63,346 bases of DNA, filler included, from Octopus bimaculoides (GCF_001194135.2; 4 parts of 4 records of this genome joined end to end with filler, not necessarily neighbours in it); one strand, 5' to 3'. Shown: positions 12,539 to 24,947, numbered from the whole stretch's first letter. Program-made: numbers and translations. Notes: generated from the sequence alone by a model not told the origin.

Positions 12539-12810
12539 ACTAGCAGTATAGTCCGGTGTTGCCCGGGATTAAGTTAGGATTATTAAGCTAATCAAGTGCT
12601 TTGCTTCAAACCAAACTAAGTAACACTGACGTCAGATTTGAGCAAAATCCGTTGAAATTGGTAAACATTTAGCTGAAAATGGGTTGCAGATAATTTGATT
12701 GGGAAATCCTGTAAGGAATCAGTTTATCAATTTTTCCACTCATCAATTGTTTTGTTTTTTTTTGTTTTTTTGGAGAACTTAAAACGTTCAAAATATGTCA
12801 AAATTGGTAA
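12539..12810 (-). mobile_element. Non-autonomous Helitron-like element; 3' terminus at left
   Basis: The minus strand ends ...cccgggcaacaccggactatactgCTAG-T: a GC-rich hairpin about 10 nt before CTAG. The inner boundary is uncertain. Confidence 0.65.
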
Positions 12811-12819
12811 AAGTTATGG

Positions 12820-12980
12820 TTGAAAATAGGGTGAATGATCTGAGTTCAAATGCCAGGGGTTGACTTTACCTTTTATCCATTCAGGGTTGATAAAATAAGT
12901 ACTTGTCACGTACTGGGGTTGATGTGATTGACTTACACTTCCCACAAAATTGCTGGCTTTGTACCAAAATTTGAAACTAA
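12820..12980 (+). mobile_element. CpG-decayed SINE family 1 copy
   Basis: ctgagttcaaatgcc...ttgactttaccttttatccattcagggttgataaaataagtac...; the consensus tcga has become ttga. Confidence 0.75.
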
Positions 12981-13524
12981 TTTTAGATGTAGTTGCTTTT
13001 AGGAACATTCACTTCTATGCAATGTTTTCTCTTAGTTGCTATTTTTTAGTAATATATTTTACAAGTAATATATTCAAAATAAATATATGAAAAGAAATAA
13101 AAGAAATAGGAAAAAAGTTTCTATCACCAATAAAACATGGAATAAATGCTGTTCTTAGAGCTAAAAGCAGGCTCTCCCATTGGTTTTAATTGTACCAGCC
13201 TCCAATTGTTCAATCAACTAGACAACCTGTTCATTGGATTAGCTAGTGAAATGGCTGAGTATACCATTTACATGTACCCTTAACATAATTCTCAGGTAGG
13301 ATTAGACTGACAAGGCTAAACTGTTGAATTACATGTACAATCCATCTGCTGAGCTTCCATACACTTTCTGTTTATCTAAATTCACTCACAAGATTTGGAC
13401 TGATCTGAGGCTTTGGTAAAGACACTTGCCCAAGATGCCTGCAATAGGATTGATTTCATGGTTTCAAAGTGAACTTGTTAGTCTCTCAGCTATGTCTGCA
13501 TCCACAAATTAATAGTAAGAAATA

Positions 13525-14373
13525 TGAGGTGCATTCCAGAAGTTTTGTGATTTCTTTTAGGCGAGGCACTTATAACTGTCTTAGATTATTGTAATTTTAG
13601 TATATCATTACTATACATCTAATAATTTGACCTGCTAAATTTTGTTATTCTAGATTGAAGGAGATAGCTGTAACAGCATTTCAGACACACCCTACTAAAC
13701 ACTGCTTGTCACAGCTGATTATGTTACAGAGCGCAGTCAGGATGTTTGGAAGCTTGCTATGCAATAACATTTTGTGTTAAACTGGGTATAAATGTTAAAG
13801 AAATTTATGAAATGCCCCAGACTGCTTATAGATTAATTTTTTTGCTGGCACAAGAAGTTCAAGGACTGTAGAGAGGAGGTGAAAGACAATGAGAGATGTA
13901 AGAAGGAGAGAGACATCAGAACACCAGAATTGACTGAGAAAATTTGCAATTTTCTAGATGAATGCCATCACATGTCTATAAAGGCAATAAACAAATGGTT
14001 TGGAGTTGGTGTGGAAACTGTCAATAGAATTATTCATGAAGATCAGACCATGTGTAAAATTTTTGCAAAGTTTGTTTCCTAGGTGTTCAGTGACAAGCAT
14101 ACAGATAACCAACTACTTGACAGAGATGTCCATTAAAACAGTTCAGTCCTTGCTCCCTGTGACTTTTGGCTGTTCCTCAAGCTGAAACAGAACCTCAGGA
14201 GCAGTCCTGAAAGCCTTCACTTTGGAGGACTCCAATGGGGTCTTCACAAAGTGGCTTCACAAGTGCAATAAAGTCAGAAGGTTTTACTTTGAAGGAAATA
14301 AGAGTTTTGTACTTCTTTGAAATTAATAAATGTTCCTCCTGGAAAAGTCCCAAAACTTCTATAATGCATCTTG
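13525..14373 (+). mobile_element. Internally deleted mariner transposon with both TIRs
   Basis: Left TIR TGAGGTGCATTCCAGAAGTTTTGTGATTT after TA; right TIR AAGTCCCAAAACTTCTATAATGCATCTTG. Residual protein: FCVKLGINVKEIYE...WHKKFKDCREEVKDNER...IIHEDQTMCKIFAKFV, and a later LAPCDFWLFLKLKQNLR (YSPDLAPxDF-type motif). Confidence 0.88.
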
Positions 14374-15383
14374 TGTTAATTAGAATACACATTGTTAAAA
14401 GAAAAGTAACTAATTTGATTAGAAAAAATTAATTGAACAGTTCGGTTTTTATGTAAATTTTTATTATACTTTTATTACCATTTTCTATAGAAACTCTTTA
14501 ATTAGTTGATCAAACATTTATAATCAAAGCTCAAATTTTTGTTTTGATATACTGTACCCAAATGACCAAAATGAATTAGAAGGGACAAATCACTCCCTCA
14601 CCTCCCATTCTATATTTAGTTTTATTGACATGTTTACAGTTATATTGGATATTACATTAAGATTCTATATTTAAAATTTCTGTTTATATTTTTCACATTT
14701 TTTAAAATATGATTCTATTATTTCCACAATTCAAATAGCTATGACCTGCAGCATGCCATTTTGTTAGTTGCAGCATGCTACCTACAAACCATTGAACTAA
14801 AAAGTCGAGTCTATGTTTGTAGAGTAGCTTCACTGCCTTGTTGTGCTTCTAAGTTTATTTCATGGGATCTAATATAGGACATCCTAATACAATTTGGTGT
14901 ATTGTTTCAGAAAATATACCATAGAGGCAGCATCTGTTATCTATATTGTTGCAACTGTAGATATGGTTTTCAATGACTAGTGGTGATGACTGGCTCATGT
15001 GCAACAAATGTTGTTGCTTCTGCTGTCATATTCATGCTTGGTTTGTTCAACAGTAACGTTTAGATATATGTTGGGGTGGGGGATGGGGGATTCAGTTCAT
15101 GAAATTATTTGCCATTTAAAGACAATTCTGATATCTTCACTAACCACTACTGCTCCTAATCATTATCATCATCATCAAAACAACAGAAAATACAGACAGA
15201 ATGGAAAGCAGAAAAAAGTTTGCATTGTGTGCAAAAGAATAAGTATCCAACTGTAAAATCTAGGGAACTGATTCTTTGTCTTCTTCTCTTATTGTGTGTG
15301 TGTATGTGTGTGTGTGTGTGTGTATGGTTAAGTAACACATTTCACAACTGTGTAGTCTTGGGTTCTGTTCCACAGCACAGCAC

Positions 15384-15635
15384 TTTATTTATTTATTTAT
15401 TTTTTTTTTAATTGTCCACAAGGGGCTAAACATAGAGGGGACAAACAAGAACAGACAAAGGGATTAAGTCAATTACATCGACCCCAGTGCGTAACTGGTA
15501 CTTAATTTATTGACCCCGAAAGGATGAAAGGCAAATTCGACCTCGGCGGAATTTGAACTCAGAACATAGCAGCCGACGAAATACCGCTAAGCATTTTGCC
15601 TGGCATGCTAACGTTTCTGCCAGCTCGCCGCCTTG
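15384..15635 (-). mobile_element. Young SINE family 1 copy nested in a SINE family 2 copy (about 15320-15725)
   Basis: 10-bp TSD AGCACAGCAC at 15374-15383 and 15636-15645. A-rich tail; CpGs intact. Confidence 0.92.
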
Positions 15636-16809
15636 AGCACAGCACCTTGAGCAACTGTTTTTACTGAGAGACCAGGCTGCCCAAAGCAATGTGAGTGGAT
15701 TTAGTAGTTGGAAACTGAAAAAAGTCCTTTATATATGTATATGTACACACATGCAAACATGCACACTCACACACACACACACACACACACACAAACAAAT
15801 ATTTTTAAATGCTTTCCGCAATGAAGAATTCATATGCCTCAGAAGAAGCTATATGATGCTACACTGACACTCAACTCTGGGTGTTCAGTTCCTTACAGCA
15901 GAAACAGCTGTAAGCCCATGAAAATGATTGCATTAGTGGTGGTGGTGGTGGTGGTGATGATGATGATGATAATATATCAATTCAATCAGTAGCTTGCTTT
16001 AGAAAGCCTGTTTATGAGAACTGATTGTCAGACATGATTGTACAGTGAAAACCACTCACATTACTGAAGATACATCTCAAAACCAATTAACCTCCATAGT
16101 GCATAAACTGTAACCTTCACGAAACAAAGTTTGAATTTACCCAGATTTGAAATCTGTAACATTTTAACTTTTTAGTCACACCAACAAGATGTCAAAATTC
16201 AAAACTACTTTATGAGTAGAATAACTACTAGAGCACATCCACAAATACAATTTTAGATGGTCTGTACTTGTCAGATTTCTGCTTAAAAATGTATTACTGA
16301 TAAATTTTGAAAAATAATTTTCTGTATGAATGTATTTACGTATGTTACACACACACACACAAACACACACACACAAACACACACACACACACACACACAC
16401 ACGTATATATAGAAAAAAAATTTGAATTAAAGAACAAGGGGACCAGAAATCCAAAGAGGAATCTATACAAGTTAAAACATTAAATTTGTAAAATGCAAAC
16501 ATGTGTGTGTGTGTGTGTGTGTGTGTGCGTGCGTGTGTGTTTGCATATATAATAAATATATATGTATATATGTATGTGTGTGTCTGTGTATGTGTGTGGT
16601 TTGCATATATAATAAATATATATGTATATATGTGTGTGTGTGTATGTGTGTGTGTGTGTGTGTGTGTATAAACAATATAAATATATTATATGTGTGTGTG
16701 TATTTATGTATACATATACTTGAGGAAAGCACCACTCCATCCCCATCTACACTCCTAGAGTGATTGGTAAGTGAGCAGAGATTATATATATATATATATA
16801 TATATATAT

Positions 16810-16909
16810 NNNNNNNNNNNNNNNNNNNNNNNNNNNNNNNNNNNNNNNNNNNNTTAATTAATTAANNNNNNNNNNNNNNNNNNNNNNNNNNNNNNNNNNN
16901 NNNNNNNNN
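16810..16909. other. Artificial scaffolding linker N44-TTAATTAATTAA-N44
   Basis: Exactly 44+12+44 = 100 bp. The structure is identical at 30268-30367 and 56691-56790. The 12-mer has stops in all six frames. Confidence 0.95.
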
Positions 16910-17916
16910 CGAGGTACGAAATATTTACCGAAAGAATAAAACCTTGTACCGATTATAAAGTATTAGAGCGATTTGCTCGTCTACATACTTCAACAAATAC
17001 GTGAAACAAGTAAAGGATAAAAATATTGCCGGCTGAAACTCTTTGTGACTAAAAATTATTCTGAATGGATCAATTCAAACTTCAATCGACTGTTATACAG
17101 ATCAGATACTATCGGACCCAAACACATTCGTAGCTATCACGTTTGTCTTTAAAATGAATATCAGATTTCCACTGGCTGGAGTGTAAATTAATCTTGAAAG
17201 ATTCATTCAAGTTTCATAAAGTTTATCTTCTCTTTACTTTCAGATTCGCTCGTCCTTTGTTGTTGATTTTTATTTATTTATTTATTTAGTTATTTATTTA
17301 TTTATTTATTATCTCTAACTAATAAGAAAATTAATAAATGGAGAATGTTTTGTGTACTCCATTTAATTCTTCGCACATTCATCTCTTTTCTCACAATTAG
17401 CTGGTCAGAAAACCATTCATTGTAGTGGAGAGACATGCCTAGACTATTTGATTCGACTTAATTTTCTGTTTTTTTTCTTTCTTTGTTTTTCACTTAACCT
17501 TTACCCTTTGATATTTTGTTAACTTTTCCAGCACGAGTTATTTCTCTTCACTTCTTATCATCATCATTACGAATTCTGTAGAATTCGTAATGATGATGAT
17601 GATGACGATGGTGATTTTGGTGGCGGTGGTGTTTTTTACTTTGGTGTATTCGTGTATATATATTCGAGCGCTAGATGTTTTTATGCAGCTATTGGTTTAT
17701 CAGTAAACACAAACATACTTACACAGCATACATGAACACGAGGCAGCGAGGCAACCTCTACGTAGTGGTTCGACGTACTAGAAATGGCGACCAAATTCAT
17801 TTCCAATCACATTCTATAAATGTAATCACTTAAATGCAAAAGATTTTGACAATAGATCTGCTTCATCAGTGTTGTCCTCGTGTTAAACCACAACATTTAC
17901 AGTAATGACTCTAGAT

Positions 17917-18256
17917 CAGTGTTCCGCAACCATTTTATCGCTTGCGGCACATTTATATTCTTTTCAAAATTCGGTGGCACACCTGAACTAAAAATATAAC
18001 TAAAAGTATAGGGGAAAAATTATACTCGGGTTACACTGCGGCACACGTAGCACCGCCTCGTAGCACACCCATGTGCCACGACGTACCGGTTGCATAGACC
18101 AATGTTCCGCACAGTGCTTGCATAGACCACTACATAGACCAGTTGGGAGAAAAATTATTTCCATTGGGAAAAAAATTATGTTCAGGTTACACTGCGGCAC
18201 GTAGCATCGTCTCGTGACACACCAGTCTGCCGCGGCATACCGGTTGCAGAGCACTG
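17917..18256. mobile_element. hAT (Charlie-type) MITE with duplicated right end
   Basis: TIRs CAGTGTTCCGCAACC / GGTTGCAGAGCACTG. 8-bp TSD CTCTAGAT (17909-17916) / CTCTGGAT (18257-18264). Confidence 0.9.
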
Positions 18257-18600
18257 CTCTGGATTGTTATAAAGACAGAACATTTGTAGAAACTGGATGT
18301 TGTTAGTTGAAGTGACTTAAGCAAACTTATATGTACAGATTTTATTGACCTATGAGGTACAGTANNNNNNNNNNNNNNNNNNNNNNNNNNNNNNNNNNNN
18401 NNNNNNNNNNNNNNNNNNNNNNNNNNNNNNNNNNNNNNNNNNNNNNNNNNNNNNNNNNNNNNNNNNNNNNNNNNNNNNNNNNNNNNNNNNNNNNNNNNNN
18501 NNNNNNNNNNNNNNNNNNNNNNNNNNNNNNNNNNNNNNNNNNNNNNNNNNNNNNNNNNNNNNNNNNNNNNNNNNNNNNNNNNNNNNNNNNNNNNNNNNNN

Positions 18601-18681
<81 letters not shown>
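18601..18681. repeat. (GAT)n microsatellite next to a gap
   Basis: Directly visible. Confidence 0.95.
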
Positions 18682-18683
<2 letters not shown>

Positions 18684-18994
18684 AGGAGGAGGAAGACGAT
18701 GACAATAATAATAATAATGATGGTGGCATCCTCTTCTCATTTGTTACCCAATATCATGAAACCTTACCGATACTCAAAGCGTGTAGGTAGGATACAGGAC
18801 AACCAGCCGAACCGTCAGCAATTTGTACCCAGGCACTGGTGCTGTGTTCAGCCAGCAATGCTTTAAGCAGCGGTAAAATATTGGTGGTGTAAAATTCACA
18901 AATGAATCGTTTGCATTCTACGAAGTGCATTGTAGAAGTATAATGAATTTAATGCATATAAACTTTAACAACAAAATCGTATATGGTCCCCCTA

Positions 18995-19027
18995 TGGTCA
19001 GATGGACCCCAGTTGAGAACCACTGCT
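18995..19027. mobile_element. Solo right end of a hAT-like MITE
   Basis: ggaccccagttgagaaccactg followed by ctctacgg; I found no left TIR. Confidence 0.5.
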
Positions 19028-19383
19028 CTACGGTACCATCCGACTCGATAGAAATACCAGTTATAATCCTTCCAATCACACTTCCCTACCTTCAAACGTA
19101 CATTATGCTCACAGAAATACACGACTGCATAAAGAATTCCTAGGGCTAAACAAGAACAACAACAACATAATTTACATTCATTGCTGTCATTTCATCTGTA
19201 AGATGTCTCGAGGTTAATGTTTATCATTTGATGTTTCCAATATCCCCAACATAGCTAAACATCAAAGCAGAATTTTTAGTAGCAAAACACACCACAGGCA
19301 TTGTTGAGCTATGTACACTGTAAATAATTTTTCCTCTTTCTTCTCTTCCCCCTCCTCCTCCTAACCACTACGCCATATGCCCA

Positions 19384-19665
19384 GGCATATGGCGTAGTGG
19401 TTAAGAGCGCGGGCTACTAACCCCAAGATTCCGAGTTCGATTCCAGGCAGTGACCTGAATAATGATAATAATAATAATAATGATAATAATAATAATAACA
19501 ACAACAACAGCATCGAAAAATAAATTTGAAATTTCCCCAAGACACCTGATGAAGGCTGGAGGGTATATCAGCCGAAAGGTTGTGTTAACAACAAACAAGA
19601 TGAGGACAAATATCCGTCAATTGTAAATAATGTACATAATTCCTCATCTCTTAAATATAGAACTG
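19384..19665 (+). mobile_element. tRNA-headed SINE-like element (family 3): tRNA head + (AAT)n + hammerhead-containing tail
   Basis: A box TGGCGTAGTGG (19390-19400), 7-nt anticodon-like loop CTACTAA, B box GAGTTCGATTCC (19433-19444), (AAT)n at 19458-19498. The tail matches 57121-57305. Confidence 0.85.
19541..19586 (+). ncRNA. Minimal type I hammerhead ribozyme motif (Penelope-type), helix III variant
   Basis: GACAC-CTGATGA-A-GGCTG-loop-CAGCC-GAAA-GG-TT-GTGTT: helix I GACAC/GTGTT, helix II GGCTG/CAGCC. Helix III reads AGGT here but ACGT in the 57176 copy. Confidence 0.65.
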
Positions 19666-19689
19666 TATTACTCAAAGAATTCCTCAACA

Positions 19690-19925
19690 CATGGCTATGA
19701 TGCTCCCGCACTACTTCTGCTTGTGACCAGAGATGCACATCGTCAGCGACTAAGGGACATGTTCAACAGGTTAAGGTCAAACAACTGACAAGTACATCTG
19801 TGGTACTGAGCAGAATATTTGCTGTAGCCTATCTTGTATACCTAGACAAAACAATATACATTGTAACACTTCCAATCAGTTAAGATCAGAAGCCAAGAGA
19901 GCCACTGCCTAGTACTGCATCAGGG
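19690..19925. repeat. Unclassified interspersed repeat (second copy at about 55230-55385)
   Basis: Shared tatgatgctccc.cactact.ctgct..tga.cagag...ggtcaa.caa.tgacaag.a.atctgtggta.tgagcagaatattt. Confidence 0.75.
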
Positions 19926-19958
<33 letters not shown>

Positions 19959-22557
19959 TTATTATTATCTTTCTTCTTCTTCTTCTTCTTCTTCTTCTTC
20001 TTCTTCTGCTTCTTCTTTTCATTCACTGCCCGTTCCGATTGAAGTGACCTATAATCGAAGATCTTCCAACCATGGCAATCCGGTTTTGTATTTCAGACAT
20101 TACATATCTACAACTACATTATCTAATGTATCCGTTATTCCTGCTTTAAGATGATTGGATATGCATGAGCTGAGGAAAATTTACCTATTATTTCTAGCAT
20201 GAAGGATTCCACGCTGCCTTTTACGCATTTGAATTGAGAAAGTGACTTGCAAATAAATGGCATACAACACGACAGTGCCATGCAGTACTTGGGTACCTGA
20301 AAGCTTAACTGATAACATCACTAGTCGTTTGTATTGTTCTAACAAACGGGATATCCATCTAGTGGCCAGGTGGTTGAAAAGAAGGAAAGACTAGAGCGGT
20401 ATATGGGAAGGGAGACAAAGGTGAAATAACTAACACTTTGTGGCATTTGCCACCGAACGGCCGTTAGTCCGACCGAAAAATCAAATGTGATTACGTTCAG
20501 ATCTTGCTGTGGTAGTGCTTGTTATTGTTGTTAATGATGATGATAGTGATGATGAGGAGGACGACGGAGAAGACGACGATGATGATGATAGTGAGGAGGA
20601 GGAGGAGGTGTTTACAAAGTCAAAGTCGTCGTCAGTTTCATTATCGTCGTCCTCGTCGTCATTATCATCACAGTGCAAGTAATAGAAACCTAAAGCAAAA
20701 GCAAGAGGCAAAAAAGGAAATTGAGGCAATATTTTTCTAAGACCTTAGTCTTTCAAGGAGAGAGGTGGGTAATACAAGGGTGATTAGAAAGGGAAAGAGA
20801 GCAAGGAATAGATAAGGGAGTGAAGGAGAGAGAGAGAGAGAGAGGTGGGGGAGGTAAATAGCTAACTGTCAACGACATCTGCTCACGAACTTTGACATAC
20901 TTCTTTTGAAGGAAACCTGATCACCTCGTTTCAGGTGACAGAAATGTGTAGTAATCTCTTGAACTGCCACAACAACAACAACAACAACAACAACTATATC
21001 GTAAAAAGTAACAAACAACAATACCAATAACAACGTCAATTTGGATAGCTCGCACTGATGTTTCCCAGCCGTCGTAGACAGAGAGAGCATTACTGGTCTG
21101 TTCTTTACTACAGTATGTATACTCTCAAATCACATATGACATCTATCACGCACCACATACATACATAGATACATACATAGATACACATACATACATACAT
21201 ACATACATAGACACACATTCCTCGAGTTAACGTGGGTGGGTCTACGCAGTCTACTAGAAATAGCTGCTACATTCATTCAATTCACTCTATAAGAAGCGTT
21301 CTAAAAATGGAAGAATACGTAGGAAAATATAGTTCTTGAAAGATAGATAGATAGATAGATAAATAGATAGATTTAAAGACGGATTGGACTTGGTACGAAA
21401 AATGTTTGGCCATAGTTATGCTCGATTAGAACTGATCTGACGCTAAACAGCAACACACATTGTTGCGTAATATGTAGAGCTCTTGATTCTAACCTCGTCA
21501 AGAGCAGCCAGTATAACGAGCAACGAACCTTCTCAAACCGTATGTAGAACGATGTACAAAACATGTTGCGATATTTAATTGCGTTCCTTCACGTTCACAT
21601 AAACACCACTCAAGAATTTGAATTGACCTAATCCTTCCTACTCTCTACTACGATGGGTGATCTTGGGCGCAAATTCGAATTCATTATGCACCAGTATTCA
21701 TATACGAGCGAAGATTTAGTCTTTTAATTCATTGTTTGGCTACCAGTGAATGACCATTTACATTCATTAATTCCTATTTCTCACTCAGACCATCTCTTTA
21801 TCTTAGCCTTCCCCACCTTTCTTTTTTTCTTTTTGTAATATTTTTACGGTATTCTACTTTTCCCATTAAATAGTTCTTCAGGAGATAATCCAACGAAGGA
21901 GTCTCTTGCGTTCTGACACAACTTGCTAGAAATAATATCTAGATTTCCCTCAAATTTCCTTTTAAGAAGAAAGACAAGATGAAAAATAAAAACGGACGCA
22001 TTAGAACATTATATCATGTATTCTTAGGTACATTATTTCTGAAAAATTGAGGTGTAATGGTCGATTATGGAACGTCTTTGCTCAAATGTCAGGTCAATTA
22101 GGATTGATTTGCAGCACAACTATAACAACAGTGACACATCAGGAAAGACATGCATGTTGCATCAGCTCTCTTCCCTTATCTCTATCAATCTACAAACCTT
22201 GTGCTTAGTTAAAATAATTGAATGTTGTCGTAGTGTATGACTTCCGGCAGTGGAATTCTGGTCATTAAAATGTATGAATGACACATCTAATCGTAACGGT
22301 AATTTCAGTTGGATCATAAATCTTTATCATTTATATCAATGAGTTGAACGAACTGATGAGTTGTAAGAAGAATGAAATTAGTCCAGTATTCATTCCATGC
22401 TGCAGAAAAACTTGCAGTTTAACCACGGGACATAATTTCACAGTAAAATGACGTACATGTGGCAATAGCTAAGTGATATTTATTCAAAATCTACACTAAT
22501 ACTAGTTCTATAATAATTATAACAATCAGATGATACTTTTATTTTTGTAGATTGACC

Positions 22558-22588
<31 letters not shown>

Positions 22589-22842
22589 ATGGCCTCTGTA
22601 TGTGTATGTGTGTGAGAGTGTGGAATGTGTTTATTATACATTTGTCTGTCTCTCTCATCCCTCTCTTTATCCGTGAGAGAGACAGACGGATAGACAGAGG
22701 CAAAAAAAAAAAAGAAATGGTTGGGAACCACAAGCATAAATATACAATCTTGGCTACGTCTGTCTGTTGAGTCACTGTCAGTCAGTAAATATCCGCCTTA
22801 GATAAATTGTGGGTTTGTCTAATACAAATATACATACATACA

Positions 22843-22875
<33 letters not shown>

Positions 22876-22879
<4 letters not shown>

Positions 22880-24150
22880 TCTCACAGAAGTATATACACT
22901 CATAAAAAAATTCAGTAAAATTGCCATTATTCTGGTAATATCGAAGGAAATCAAACTAAATTTATACTGAATAAAATATATTATACTTGGAAGCATTATA
23001 CAAATTTCGAACACAAACTAATAAAGATTTCATAGATATGANNNNNNNNNNNNNNNNNNNNNNNNNNNNNNNNNNNNNNNNNNNNCATGTGTACCGTGGT
23101 GAGAATCTTCTTCATTGAGATTAAAATTACACCAAAAGGAAAAGAATTGTCTAAAAATTTGAAGAAAATTATTTTTGAATTTGCACAAGAATGGTTCAGG
23201 ATACAAGTTAGCAAACAAATACATATTAATGTAAACATAGTTGCCAAAGTAATTCAGAAGTACAAAGCTACTGGACAGCTAAGCAATAAACATCGTCCTT
23301 CTATTTTAACTGCACGTGATATTCGCCAGATCTAACGTTACGTGATTGATGTACGACCGGTGTCGTACCGCTTCATCTTTCACCTATGAAGTGTCTTCTG
23401 TAAATGAAACGAATATATCCGCCCAAACAGTTCGCTGTTTGAACCAGTGTGATCTTCATGGACGCATTCCTCGTAGGAAACTTCTCGCTACCAGACACAA
23501 ATCAAGCCGTTTTTCTATTGCCGAAACCCATGTGAGTAAGGGGAAAGAGGTTCGGAATAAAATTCAATTTTCAAACGAGACTAAAATCAACTTCTTTGGG
23601 TCAGATGGTATTAAACTACTAGGTGAAGATAGTATAGACAAATGCACCGTGCCTACCGTGAAACACGGCGGCGGAAGTATTATGCTTTGGGGATGCAAGA
23701 GTGCAGCTGATATGGGAGGACTCATATTTACTGAGAGAACAGTGGATTCAAGGCTTTGTTGTGACATATTGCGGAAAACAATGTTGAAAAGCATCAAGGA
23801 ACTAGGAAGACATTCCATGTTCCAACATGATAATGACCCTTAACACACATCAAAGATAACGACTAAGTTTATATCAGATAAAAAAGGTAAAGGCATTGCC
23901 TTGGCCTACCATGTCACCTGATTTTAACCCAATTGAATATCTGTGGGGTGTTTTGAAAAGGATGGTTGAGGAGAAAAAACCCCGCAATGTAACAGCTGAA
24001 AGACATCATTCAGGGTGAATGGAGGTCGATCTCATCGGTTATATGCGGAAACTTAGTCAACTCTATGCCCAGAAGACTTAATGCAGTCATTGAAAGCAAG
24101 GGCGGTCTCACCAAATATTGAATATAGCAAATCATCTTTTAGGGTATACA
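22876..24150 (+). mobile_element. Tc1-like (DD34E) transposon, degenerate transposase at about 23130-24121
   Basis: KGKELS...AKVIQKYKATG...RPSILTARDIR; FSNETKINFFGSDG; PTVKHGGGSIMLWGC; FQHDNDP*HTS; SPDFNPIEYLWGVLKR; SMPRRLNAVIESKGGLTKY*. Candidate left TIR AGTATCTCACAGAAGTATATACAC at about 22876. Confidence 0.93.
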
Positions 24151-24906
24151 TATTTTTCTATCTTTTGAAAATTAATATTTCGTCATATCTTTGAATATTT
24201 TTATTGTTTTGTGTTCCGATTTGTATAATGTTCGCATGTATAAACCGTTGTCTGGCTTAATTCCAACAACTGATCGTTGCCTGATTTTAGTGGCGTTGAT
24301 TCTATTGCAAACATACAGGCCCGAAGTCTGGTTGGAGGACACATTCCTGTCTTCCTTCCATCAATCTCAGAAGCCCTCAAAAAAATTAAAGGTGATGTGC
24401 GCTGTCCTTATCGCTCTGATGATTCTACGAAGTAGCCTCTATGTGACCGTACAAACCTTCTAGAAATATCAGGCAAATTTTATATCGCATGCTAATATCT
24501 TACAAAAGGAGTGACACATAAGAAAATGTAGCTTTAGGCATGCAATACTCAGGAAAACGTTGGCATGGTCATGATTGAACTTTTGGGCATAGGTTTGCGC
24601 AGTCCGAGCTACCCTGGGGTTAATCAGCAACAACGACCAAATACCAATAACAACAGCAACAATAATACTAGTACAGACTATATCGAATTCAATACCATCA
24701 CTGTTAGCAATGAAAACCAAGCTCCCTTGATAGAATTAAGAGATGAATAAATAAATATATAATAAGAACCTTTATTTATCTAATCCGCCCTTCCTTGAAT
24801 TACTGCTACTAAATCTAACAGGTTTATTTCCATAGCTTTGTAAAATTGTCAATGAAATTTTATGGTTTCTTGCTTAACAAATATCCTTTAAAAGCTTGTT
24901 TGTATG

Positions 24907-24947
<41 letters not shown>

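Noticed and set aside
15892-15914. CTTACAGC-AGAAACA-GCTGTAAG: an 8-bp hairpin that also reads as an AG/11 nt/GTAAG microexon
   Set aside because: Short, plausible by chance, and without supporting evidence.
16854-16865. TTAATTAATTAA motif (also 30312 and 56735) as a biological signal
   Set aside because: It is always centred in exactly 44+44 Ns, so it is an assembly spacer with stops in six frames.
19384-19455. Possible tRNA gene
   Set aside because: The acceptor and anticodon stems do not pair fully and the sequence runs into a repeat body, so it is a SINE head.
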